Assembly: GCF_964204645.1 (NCBI RefSeq)
Contig: NC_134026.1
Span: 23,842,150 to 23,906,149 of the forward strand
DNA: 64,000 nucleotides
Origin: Tubulanus polymorphus
Lineage: Eukaryota > Animalia > Nemertea
Reading direction: 5' to 3'
Shown here: positions 38,965 through 52,000 of the stretch, piece after piece
Layout: the number at the start of each line of letters is the position of its first letter
Numbering within the stretch: position 1 is the first letter of the stretch
The notes under the pieces: model-generated
Database searches by the model: none
What the model was told of the DNA's origin: nothing
The model's input: only the letters and a program-made list of their open reading frames with translations
Made by a program: the position numbers and the translations under genes

Positions 38965-41900
38965 CCCGGATGCGAATGGAAAACGTACCGTCAAAGGAAT
39001 CTTGACTATTAATTATTATATATTGCATTTTGTATATTTCTGTAAACTACATTTTGAAATTATCTACTTGAGACACGAAGCCATCGGTTAGTTCGTATTA
39101 ACAATCAACCGATTATCTCGACAAAGTTGCTACTTTTGATCGACAAATCTATGGACATTATAAACATATTCTTATGATGTTGTATTTGATTCACGTCGGC
39201 CTCGTGCGGTGTATTCGTATTCTAACGCATGCTTTGTGGTAGTTCAAAAAAGATTTTAGTAGACGGAACATTCGAATCAATTTGTAATAAATTACCCAAA
39301 TTGCCCATTAACTCGCCTGCGCCACCTTAACGCTTTTCAAGTCCCGTAACGCTACATCGCCGGTCAATTGAGCTCAGTCTTTTCACACTTTCGGGCCAGA
39401 CTTTCGACGATTTTAATTGCCCAATCGCTTTTTTACCTTTCAGAAATCCGGTCCCTATGGCTTATGACATAAAAGCCGTTATAAATCATGACCATGGGGA
39501 TTTGAATGAACGACCAGGAACGCGGTGCAGACCCATTTATCATAAGGCAGTGACAGAGACAAATGATAAAATCGGAAATGGCTGGGTCATTGTTGCCAAG
39601 TGTGCCTTTAAAGACCACTTTGTGCGTGTTTTACATTAAGTTTACAGAATAAATCACTTATAGTAACGTTTAGATATATTTGTTGCTTTTGTTTTCGAAT
39701 TATTGAGGTGCCAAGCCAAGTACCGGCAAATTCACCTGCTATTAATAACGGCTATATAGCGTGTTTTCGCAGTACCTTTCAGATTTATGTGGTGCGATGT
39801 TTTCGTCGCAAACCTTTAAAAAACCAAAAATGAACCGATCGAGCAAATATAATCAAAGTAAGTAAGAGGGGGTTCTGAAATAAAATTGGTAATGACAGCC
39901 AGTGAGTTTTATGAGTTTTATTCGCCTTTATACCCAATATAACTTTGGATGATAAATTCTACAGTTAACGCGATACAATAAATCACTAGGCCTATGCATG
40001 GTACACAACTCATCACGAATGTATTCTGGTCTCAAAAATATTCCAGTGAACAACGCTTATGAATAGCAATGAGCTTTTTAAGATATATTTTCATTGGGTG
40101 ATAGAACAATAAGATTCGCCACAGAGATAAAAGTAGGTACCGAACGAGTCACCGAACTTTTGTCTCGTTTCCCCTCAAATTTTACCGTTCATTAGCACAC
40201 GTTCCTCGGTGCTAACTACACATTCCCCATTACTATATCTCCAGATTAGATTTCACAGTCGCTGGCAATCAGAAGCTAAGAAACTATGTGATTACCAGGA
40301 AATTGATAACGAAATTATAAAAATCATAAATTACATGACAACAAATTTGATGACAAAGGAATGGCACTTGCTGGTGGCAACGTAACCAGCGGGAAGCAAC
40401 GACAATGCCGCGGAACACCGCGCACCCAACGGGCAAGATTTGACAACTGCCAAAGGGCGGAAGTTTCTTTTGTCCCCGGGATAAACGCTCAAGCGATCCC
40501 TATCATGTCTTCAGGCGATGCGGAGGGGTTCGAGAATCTTAATACTCCTTCACCGAACAACCAACATCCGAATGTTCATAGATTTTCTAATTAAGTTGAC
40601 CATAGCGGTAATTACCATCAGAAGGATGTGACAATACCACTTCACCATTCCAGCTCTCTGCTTCCGTGTAGACGGTATGTCACTGCCAGAAATCTCAACT
40701 CAATATGCCGTCTATTTTGCAAGTCTCTCATGCCAGCCTCTCTCGTTTGTGCTGAAAGTGGGCCCGATTGAAGTAGACGCCACCATTGAATATTTTTGAA
40801 TCTTTCTTTTTAATGTCCGTTATATCATATTCGTCATTTATGGGTGTAATCTGGTACCAGAAACTTCAGATTTTTACGAAGCACTTTGATTATACATACA
40901 TATTTGTATCATAAATATAAAAATACAGACCGATCTTCAGATTAAACACGTGTTTAATGATGTTTTATTGACTGGTGTGCGTGGTAGCAGGTTGGCCTTT
41001 TTTAGACTGTGAGAAATTTAACGCATACGTACGTCATGTGGACAGAACAGCATATATAACTTTTGCAATTACTGCTTATTGTATTCGTAAACGGCTCTGG
41101 TAAAACGTGCTTTTTCAATTTTCAACATTAATTGTGTACAACAACAAAAAAGAAAATTAAATTCCCAAAATAAATTATAATCCGAGTTGAAACGAGACAG
41201 AATTGATTTAATGGTATATACAATAGATTTAAAAATCAAACGCCAGTTGAAGGGAAAAAGTACTTAATAGAACCTTACAGCCAAATCACGTGAATGTATG
41301 AAGTGATCGTGTGTCGATTGGAGAGATCAGGAAATCGACTCCCAAGCGTGCTAAGAAACAGGCGGCTGAAACTATTTTCAATAAAGTGATTTCCAGCGCT
41401 TCAATGCGTCTTATGATTTCGTCCTAGGACAGCCTGATCCTTTCTTCCCGACCAGCACAACGCGTCGACCTCTGGTCGTTCGAGTAATCCATCCTGGTCA
41501 TTGCTAGATTACGCGGATTTCAACGACAAATGCTGCGCATCGTCGTGCTTAATCCCCCGCGGATTATCCGGGGAGGTTGACCGCCGAGAAGGAAATGAAG
41601 GTCACCAAACGATGCGCACATCTCGAGAGATCACGCCGCGAAGGCATCAATACCGACGACGATCGATGGGACAGCCAAATACCAATAAACCAGACTGTCA
41701 TAAACATCTCTTATAATGCGACCAGAATTGGGATCTTGTCGGATCACCGTCGTGCTGGGCAAATGAATACGGCTTTAATAACGGTATATCAAGAGAATAC
41801 GACACGTCGCCAGGCGTTAAACCCAGTACGCGCCATGGTAATAACAATACATGAAGAAATATGGCATTATAGCGATCAAAGTGAAATTAACAATCAAATA

Positions 41901-44900
41901 CCATTTCGTTTTTATACCAACCAATTTGCAAATTTCTTATGATTTTTAGTCGCGATGATGACTTTTCTTTCCGATCAATTTCGCGTGCACATTCTAAAGT
42001 AGAATGTTAATATGCACTAACGATCAGGTGCTGTATATACCGTTAAAAGTTAGCAGAACAAATTGAATACTTGATTATTGTAGGGGAACGAAGTGAAATT
42101 TGATGATATCACGACACAGAAACTTGATATCGGGTGCAAGGTATGATCCACCTGTTTCAAGAAATATCAAATAACAGGTATATGTATATTTGTTCTTAGA
42201 GGGGCACGTTTAACTGGGTGTAGATGAACAAAATTGGTTCTGCTTATTGTAACCACCACCACGCACGTAGAGCGCAATCTAGTATGACAAAACCAGGGGG
42301 TGATGCGTTAACATCGAGATACTGACTCAGCGCTCAGGTAACAGGCAAACACACGCACACACGGTTGATCAATACCATAGTCTTTGGGGATCTGCAAGTT
42401 AATTAGAAAATAAATTGGGTTTTATAATCAGTGCCGCGTACAAGGGATGATGGGGGTTTTGGAACTTCGGATTTCGATCGAAGCATGCGCACAGGGGTTC
42501 CCGTCCACCCATAAGAACGAAAATCCTCACAAAAAAAAATCGAGCCAAACAATAAGATTTCGCTTTTTCGTCACATTACACGAGAGACATTACAGCCGCC
42601 GTAAACCAAAAGAAAGCCACAATATGATATTACCGATATCCAATGCACGTTGACAGTTTTCAGTGCCACTGAGTGGTGATTTAAATTAGGAATCATTGAA
42701 ATGGCCAGCGCGATTCAGCGCAAGGTATTCGGGCTTATCTCAGTTATCACACTTAATTGCACCCAAGAGGATTTCTTGAAAATTAGGAAAACAGACAATT
42801 CGATCATAATAGAATGCAGTGTAAGAGAATGATTGTGAGAACGAAGCCAAAAACACCCTACGTACAATGGACGCGCGTAAAATTAGCCACTTAATTATCT
42901 GCATGAAAAGCTCTGACATGGATACCCTCACGACACAGACAGCTATTCTGTCTAGTATTATAACGTTTCGAGCGATGTTAATCTCGGTAAAATACGTAGG
43001 ATTGTTCCGAGATAATAAAGATAGCAGAGAATAGCGCGGAGAACCAAACCTTAATGACATAAGATGACTTCATGACATGTGATCGTCCATCGATGAAAGA
43101 AATTCGTAATAATTTCATTTCTTAAGTCGAATTTCATGATTGCATTTACCGACTGACTTCTTTTGTCGTGCAGTATACGAGGGGCAAACGCTTGTGACGA
43201 TGTCTAAATGATGAAATGTGTGTAATTTAAAGAAATAGTATCCGAATACAGTTAACGACAAGATGCAGCAATTCAAGCGGCTGGCAGTCAACTTCTTGTC
43301 AATAGCGACGCTGGATTATGGATAAGACAAGTTGAAAATTTAGTTAATAGTGTTGTTTCGTTTCGTTTCTCTATCTATTACTTCCATTGGTGGCGATTAT
43401 CTCCGATTATATTGAAGCTAGGTTAATTTTCGAGCGCATTCATATTAAGTGATTCATTGAAATTGTTTCCAATGAAATATGAAAGAATAACAAATTCATT
43501 ATGGTCACATAAAATAAGGATAATTTTCCAATTTTTCGTATCACGCATTGATAGCATTAAGTTGCTTTTATCATCTTTTGTGTACTTTATATAATGGACT
43601 GTTCTGTGATCCCGTATATAGAAAAGTTACGAGTAAAGAGATATTTAATAGTGCGTTTTCTTGTACATAATCGAATATTTTCAATTTTCATTGCTAACAT
43701 TGTATAATATCTGCATTGAGCGTAAAGTACTTTGAGTTACATGCAATTCATAATGACTTTTTTATATTTTTCAATGAAAATTACGTTGATTTATACAATC
43801 TGTTGTCACTTGATACCGGTGTAAAGTATTCGCATCTAACAGGATGTTGCACCGAATCAGGTGCAACACCTGGTTATAAGATTTATTAGAATTAGCCACC
43901 AAACGCAATTCATTTCATAAATGCTCACAACCGTAAAAAGACCTATTTGTATGAAAGGTGATGGACAACAGCCCGTATAACGAGGTTTCAGGCGTTTGAA
44001 AATATGTTGCACATTCGCCATAATTGTTCCAGACTTTCCTTTTTAGATTGCACGCTGAGATTTAATGTAGCAGAAGGACAGCTTTTCTGCGCTGATTGGA
44101 AAAAAAGGAATTAATATTTTTAAATGAAAAACCGCGTCGTGCAAGCGTATAATACACACCTTTGTTTGGATATAAGTTAGAAAATATTTGTATTCGCTAT
44201 TTCTAACGTAAAATATTGTCTGGAATGAATTTTGACTTAAAATTCTGATATTTGAAGAGAGACTGTAAGCTATTACGCTTTCTAGTAACTTTAATGTACA
44301 CATACCATATGAATGAAATCAAAGCAAGTGATTATCGAATGCTATGCTATTCTTTTTGTGAAACTTTCTTCAATTCGAGATGCTATAATTTCTCCGGGCA
44401 TTTTCATCCATCATCTCCTCGCAAATACGGTCGCAAATGCCTCGGGGCTGCAGACGCGCACAACGCAACGATATTTGTTATCGGACAAGAATTATAAAAC
44501 ATGGTAATTACAAGATATTCGCTTGTAATAGCAGGTTGAAGAATGCGCTGCAGGGTCGCAGCATATGATAGATAGTTGACGAGAACGAGAACAGCGTTCA
44601 ATTGGTGATGTGTGGGTTGTCGACCAAACAGCGCATATTCCACTCATGCTCTTCGCATTTTCCGTTTTTCTTTAAAATACCAATCATCTCTGAGAGGTAT
44701 TTAGCTAGCGGGGATTGTTTTTGTATTGGCGCGGCAAAGACGGCGGAAACATGATTGTTTTTCTTGTCGAGCGAATGGTGACATGTTTAGTTCAGCGGCC
44801 GACGATAGGTTTCTGAGTGAAATTTGACAATTTCATAAAATCCCAGCGTGATGCGAATATCGGACCCAATAGAAACAATCTTACCCAGCATTCGCACCGC

Positions 44901-47900
44901 CCTGCATGCAAATACTGCCAGAGATGTTGAAAAGTCCCAACCGTGTTTCTAAGTTTTCATTAGAATGGCGTCCTTTCACAGTATCAGCCTCCGTTAATTT
45001 TCAATGAGAAAGAAAACTGTTGTAAAACTGACATACGTCCATAAACAGAAGACAAACGTCTTTTATACACATTTTTTCTTTGAAAAAGAATATAGCATAC
45101 ATGCGACAGCTTAGATAATTGGATTTCAATTGTGAATTGGTATTTTCAATGCGGGACATGTTGCAACGCTGGGGTCGATAATAATAATGATAATGCATTC
45201 GCTTTCAGTCGAGTTAACATGTTTTGCTTGCGTCCAACAGTGAAGAAGTCTGCCTCATTGCTTCGGACCGTTTCTCATCGTGATGATAGGCTTGATTTAA
45301 TGGCGTCAAACTAATCGTCGAAAAGATCCGAAAAACTTGAAAAGTCGCTTCACAAACAGTTGTCATTCAAATATCAATGTTACATTGAAAGTGCGCATTG
45401 AACAGAAATGGGTTTATTGAACGCCAATGACAGGTATGACGCTTAAGTGACAAGCCCGTCAGATTTGAAGTCCCGTGTACGCTTCGTTGGACAATAATAA
45501 CGACCCATAGTGTGATAATCACAATCAACAAAGATGTCCTACAACTCTTGTTTCCCCACTTAAACATTCAGGCTTTTCTTGACGGCCTCAACAGCGGCCA
45601 GCTCAAGCAGAACTCCATTCGACTACGGGCAGGATTTGCCCGAAGGTACGCGGATCTCCAAACAATGAACGAGCTCACGTTCTAAAAACTATGAAAAACT
45701 CAAAAGGTCAGCCACGTCTTGAGTGTTCGCCTTCCAGGTGTGGGGTATTCTGTATAAGTGCCCACGGCGTCAAACTTGTAGAACCAAAAGAAGAGCCCGC
45801 TATATTCCGTCGATTTTGTTATTATATTCATATTCAGACAGACGCGAAGGAATCTACAGCCAAGTTGAAGAGGCCCGCGGCAGTTAAAGTCTGATCCGCT
45901 TATACCACGCTAATCACGCAAATCCCTTTGTGAAATTTTGTAAAATTGTGACCACGGCTTCAATAACTCAAAACACTCTTTTTCAAAATTTACAGGCCGT
46001 TATCATTTCTACGAAAATCATCCTTGTCACAATGTGGTGACTGTCTATGCGACTGTCCAGCTGCAGACATGATCTAAATTGTTTCTGTTCGTTCGCTTCC
46101 TTTAATCATCCCCAATCTAAAACCGCTAATGAACATGAATCCATAGGAATGACGCCTGCACAATTAACCATCAGGGGATTGTCTTACCAGGCAAACAGGT
46201 GAAAACGGCTCATCTTAAACATCCGCTTTTGTTCTTTGCAGCCGTAACGGTAAATACGTGGCATCCTCATTGTCGAGAAGCCAAATAAAACATTCATTTT
46301 GCGGCGACAAGGTGATGTGGCAAAGGGGAATAACGTGATATGCAATACAGTTGATGTGACGGTGTTAGGACTACTAAACAGGAAACCTAACATGAACAAC
46401 GAACGCGATTAGAGCACGTCAGCGGAAATGGAAGAATATTTCATGGCCTGTTAGAGAAATGACGACCGGTATGGATGCCCTGACAGGTGAAACGGGCATC
46501 CTGCCTAGTTCGGCTTTGATAACGCATCTCGTTTCGTATTCCCAGTAGTTATTTTTTCAGCATCATCGACCAAGCGTAGAAAATATGACCAGCGCATACA
46601 GAACACAAGCGGCTTGTACTGAACCAGGTCGCGTTGCATAGTGTCATTATAGAATATCAGTTTTATTTCAAGATTCACAATATTTCGGACCAGCATTTTT
46701 ATGGAATTGTGACCTGAATGCGTTGCCTCGGTTTTCTGGGTTTCATCGCGTCCCACAGTCTATTATTTTTACTTTCGTCAGTTCTCAAGAAATGAGTTCT
46801 TACATAGGGCTCACTGGTCCATGATTGACAAGAGTGAACGTCTTAATGGAGTTTTAATGAAATGGCCCTTCGTAAATGTGTTTTGCCATTTTGTAGACAG
46901 GTGGCGCAGTTATGGATCGGTGAATCATCACCGTTTATAACTTGATAAATACGCAAGTCAGTATACGAAAAGGATGCGCTGGTAACCGATGAAGTAATAA
47001 ACCATAAAAAAATCAGAACAAATGAAATCAGAAGGTTTCTACGCAGGAAACTAACCGATTATCGTATCCTGGCACTATATTCGATGATGGATCGTCACCG
47101 GAATGTCATCTTAATCACGTTAGTATATACTGATTCAGTGACCAATCGACTGATGTCGATTATGAAGATGCCATTTGTACGTATAATAAATGAGACGAAA
47201 CGCGGCTAATACATGTCAAAATGATGCTATTAATCACTAAGGTTGACACGCAGTTTCGTTATTATCTCTCATAACCTGATCTAATTTCTATCGGACGACA
47301 ATGAAATCTACTTGTTGATTTATTCATGAATGTGTGGTTGAGATTTTCGGCGATCCAAAAAATGTACGTTTATTTATGCAGATGCTCTCAGTGAATATAC
47401 GTGTAACCTGCAACAAGCGGGATTACACACGCGTATCATGGGCTAAACTCCCAACTAATGAATGAATAAAGATATTCTCCTAACCATCAGATAACTTCCA
47501 TGTAGACAACGTAAATACGCGCAGCCCTAAATATTCTTTGAATGAAAAGTATTCATGTTGCAGTAAAAAAACAGGCGATTACAGCGATATACCGAAGGTG
47601 AAGAGTAGGATAATTGCTTTGACTTTCTTGGCGACTCATACTTAACACCTGCCGTGACCCGGACTGGGTACGCGATATTTAACAGTCGTTGCAGGTGAAA
47701 TTCACCGTCTCGTTTGGTTGTGAAGGGCAATTTTGATGGATGGAGGTGTTACATTTCCATTAGTTGCAGAGCAGTAACATCAATGCATAAGTTGTCACCC
47801 GGTGCACGCTATAAACTAAAACTGATTGATGTCGACTTGAAAGAGATATACAAACAGACGACAACAACGATGAACTATAAAAGTGAAGTAGATTCTCGAT

Positions 47901-48092
47901 TCTTCTTCAGTGCAAACCTATCAAAATGTTCTTGTACTCTGCAAAAAGATGTCAGCTTGTATATAGTCTATATAGAAACGCAATAAATGGAACAAAATGT
48001 TCAAATGCTTGGAAGTAAATATGTTCTTTATCCTTTGTGATCAACCGAGAAGGTTGTCGAAGCAGGTCACAGCCATGACTTATTCACCATAT

Positions 48093-48213
48093 CAGTTGTT
48101 CAATATTGGTTAAAGTTAACTAGTGGATAGTTGACAAAGTGAAAATAAAATGTATTGTTAACATGGTGTCTATCCAGTGGTTAACTATAACTAACCTTTG
48201 GGCAGCCGACCCC
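48093..48213. mobile_element. Degenerate MITE with inverted arms
   Basis: Left arm GGTTAAAGTTAACTAGTGGATAG, and the reverse complement of the right arm reads AGTTATAGTTAACCACTGGATAG. Superfamily not determined. Confidence 0.6.
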
Positions 48214-48736
48214 TGAAGGACATTTCGTAAAAACAAATAAGAACCCTTATCTATTCACTACTATTTGAAATACTTTTCCTTGTTAGTGTATATAACGTGT
48301 CATCGCCCAGATCGAGATACTCAGAATTACGAGTCAATTTCTCAATGACATTGTATCTGAAACATCGATATATTGGACTTTTACACGAGTTTAGAGCTTT
48401 TCTCAATGGACATCGTTCGGAAGTCTTGATGCAAGACGAATCTGCTGGGCTTAGAGCGCGAAAGTAATAGCCCGAAGGAAAGTTTTAACTATTAAGCGAT
48501 TGAGACGGAATACAATGGTGTATTATGATTCCCTTTCAAGCCTCAAATAGGATAACGAGTTCAATTTCCTATACCACCTGGGGTTGATTAAAGATTAACT
48601 CATTCGTTTGTCAATATTTTTGAAAACTCCACCGAACAACTTGACAATCCGAACAAGGGGAATGTTACATGGAAAGCGAAAAGTCAAGGCCTAACGGATA
48701 TCACGTGATACGAGTTTCCAACACAAAAACTTGTCT

Positions 48737-49067
48737 CATCCACACTGAGAATAAGAAAGAGTCTGAAATTGTTTCTCGAGCCAATATTTCATTCGATGTT
48801 ACTGCACCCTCCTAGTCATCTTCAGAACTATCAAAGTTATAACAAAATTATAATATGTATGTATCAATCCGCTGTTATATACTGTTTATTAAGATGTTAT
48901 ACTAAGTAGGGGTAATAAACAACATAAAACAGTTGGATTGTATACATAACTGTATCTCATTATTTTGTCATAAATCTATTAGTCCTGAAGATGACTTTTA
49001 TGAGGATGTAGTTGAAACGACGAATAAAGCTCGAGGAAACATTTCGGTTTCTTTTTAGTGTGGGATG
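48737..49067. mobile_element. Inverted pair of Penelope-type repeats with hammerhead motifs
   Basis: Both arms carry TGGATTG..ATACATA..CTGAAGATGACT..GCTCGAG-AAACA-TTTC..AGTGTGG-ATG. The right copy keeps CTGAAGA 48985-48991 and GAAACG 49014-49019. Same family as the 61.3-kb element. Confidence 0.7.
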
Positions 49068-52000
49068 TTATGCTGTCGTTACAGCACGGATTGAGAATGT
49101 TGAATCAATGGTAATAATGTCTCATAATATCGAAAAATGATCAAAACCTTAAGATCCATTGACTCACTCACATTCGCATGAATATCGTAAATAAAAAACT
49201 TTCAGAATTCGGGGAAGTGAAGCGGTAATAACCACTGAGTCCGGGGTCGTTTAATCGCGAACCGTGAATTATATAGATATTTTGTTAGTATTTGATCATA
49301 TTCCTTACAAAATAGCGACAAATATCTATGGCCTTTACTAAACGTTATTTACGTGTGATAAAGGTAGTCATTTTTGTTTATATATCTACGATATCTCCAA
49401 CTATAAGTAGAGGCGGGTCTATAGTGATGAAATTATCAGTGCTGCAACCGAACATACCAGTCGCTCCAATATTCCTCATCTTCAAGTACTGATGTTGGTC
49501 GTTACCATGGAAACCCGATTTACCAATCAATGAGGTGAAAGATCTGTAATATACATAAACATTACCTATAAATTTACGTTGATTGACAAGCACTGGTTTC
49601 GACGATGTTCCGACAGTAGCGCCCTATATTTCATGTTTTGAAATGATTCGTATGGTTTTCAATGTAAAGGATACCGACATTGAAATAAAAATCTATTTAT
49701 TTTTGATGATAAATATCCGGGAATGCGTGATGAATAGATTGTGTGGAGTAAATATTCTAAAACATGTTATTGAAACGTTCACAGTATCACTGCACCACAA
49801 GCTACGGAAATGATTTGGCTGCGACAATTTTCTCGATACTGCCGCGTCTGAAATTGAAAATCTTCATCTCAATTATAGTTTTCTCATTTTCGTCACAGCT
49901 CGAAATCAGTAGCATATCTCCGGTTTCAATTTACTGGAATTTTGTCGCAGATTGTGCGTAATGTCATTGCGAAAGTTATTGCCGATGTGCATAAGAACGG
50001 ATTATGCCCGCAATCATTGCGATGGAACCGCCTAAATTGACGAGTTTCGAATTAGTGTTTGTACACTCACTGATGGTATCACGACGCCGTGTAATTCGGA
50101 TCGCCCGTAACGAGATGAAATATGAAATTTTGCGCATAATAGATATATACAGGTGTGCAAATATCACCGCTAGCGTGCGTCAGGGCTGGGCTTGTCGGGA
50201 ACTGCTAAAAGCGCGCGCTGAGGAAGACGTGACTGAAGTAAGCCATAAAAACGCGCCGTTGAAATGGCAACCATTATGCTGGAATAGGTATCCAGAGAGC
50301 CATCAGATGCCTATATATTAATCTTGCTAGATTATCTACTTATGTTAATGTGAGTAAGGCGATGTCGATTCCCTCTTGTCGACCAGTTACGCATTGTCGA
50401 CGCATCGACCATTTTAATGGCGCTATGGCGCTGCACATCGGATATTTATTGCTGAAACAGGACACTTGCGGTAATATTTTTTCGAAATTATGTTCTACCA
50501 GTGGCAGGTTTTACGGCCGAGCAGCGCGGCGATCGAGCTCAGGCCGCACCAACACGATGATTATAAAGTCGAAAAGAAAAAGCAACGCGGTGATTATCGC
50601 GTACATTCATCTTCCAACGCATAATTCAGAATTCCTACGAAAATCCCAAGTAAACGTCGCTAAATCTTTCTTGGAGTTAAAAGAAAAATTATGGACACCG
50701 TAAATATTTCTACCACGAAGTATGCACCCCAGGTTGTACTTAAATGACAACGTGAACCTCTATGTCTATAAAAATACTTATGGCCCCAATGAACACTTTG
50801 AACACACTTTGAACACTTTATTTTTCAAATATAATTTACAGCATAGTGTACAAAGCATAATACAAAATACAGTAAATTAAATACAGTACAATGAAATATA
50901 TTTTTTTTTTCATTATACTATCCGATGTCTTTCCGAAAAAAAAGAACACTGCATAGATCTTGATTCCATATTGTAGACCACGAATCGTCCAATGGAGCAT
51001 AATCTAGGATATGCACAAACGCAGCCAAGCACAAATGCGATTGTATCAGCGATATAAGAACGTCAACTATCCCATCTATTATAATTAATAACTCGTCTCG
51101 CATGTTTGACAACAGTTAACTAGTTTGACCCCAACTGGAAGCACAAACGCGTTTGCCGGCGCAGAGATTCTCCGAGTCGGCAGACGACCGAGTCAGGTCC
51201 ACTGTCGAAACTTTGCTAGAAATCCAAGGCTATGTTCATTTTGGTCCTTCCAATTAAACGTAGTACCCAAGTTATGACCCGTGAAATCGTTTCCTTGTTT
51301 TTTAATGGCATTTATTTCTCATATCCATGTGTATGCATTAGCGAAATGGTATGAGTGATCGCTTTTATCCCGAAAGACGAACGAATAAACTATACCCATG
51401 ATTTTCATGAACAGATAATACCGACACGATGTAATGATAAGAGAAAGCTGTACCCAGTCCTGAGTATATTATAATTAATACTTAAAACTATCGAATAATG
51501 GAATTGATCAGGACAGGTTACACTATTTCATAAAGGTGGTTTCATAGGTCAAGCAAAACTGGATGAGCTGTGTGACCATTCGTACATATAAAAATATAGA
51601 TGCATGATTATACAAATTAATCATAACCACGATCACGGCCACCGGAGCAGCTGAGAATCGTTTATAGTAATTTTACAAAATTGTTTGATTGCCGGCACAG
51701 AAAAGCCCAATCAGTCAGATAATACCTCGAAATAATCGACTTCAACCCGTTAAGGACATGCTCCAGGATTCTTCAGTAAATAAACCTCGATTAGGGAGGC
51801 GGGGTTATCATTTGTTTTGGTGATTGAATATATTTGGTAAACAAACACTAAACACGTATTTTCCTCAATTGGCAATTTGACGAACGAGGATACCGCTACA
51901 ACAAAAAATATCAGCCTATTAAAAGGTAATCATTGAATGAATGCATCGTGTAAATAAGGGAAATGAGCGTCATTAGGCATTAAATTCTTCGACGGTTATA

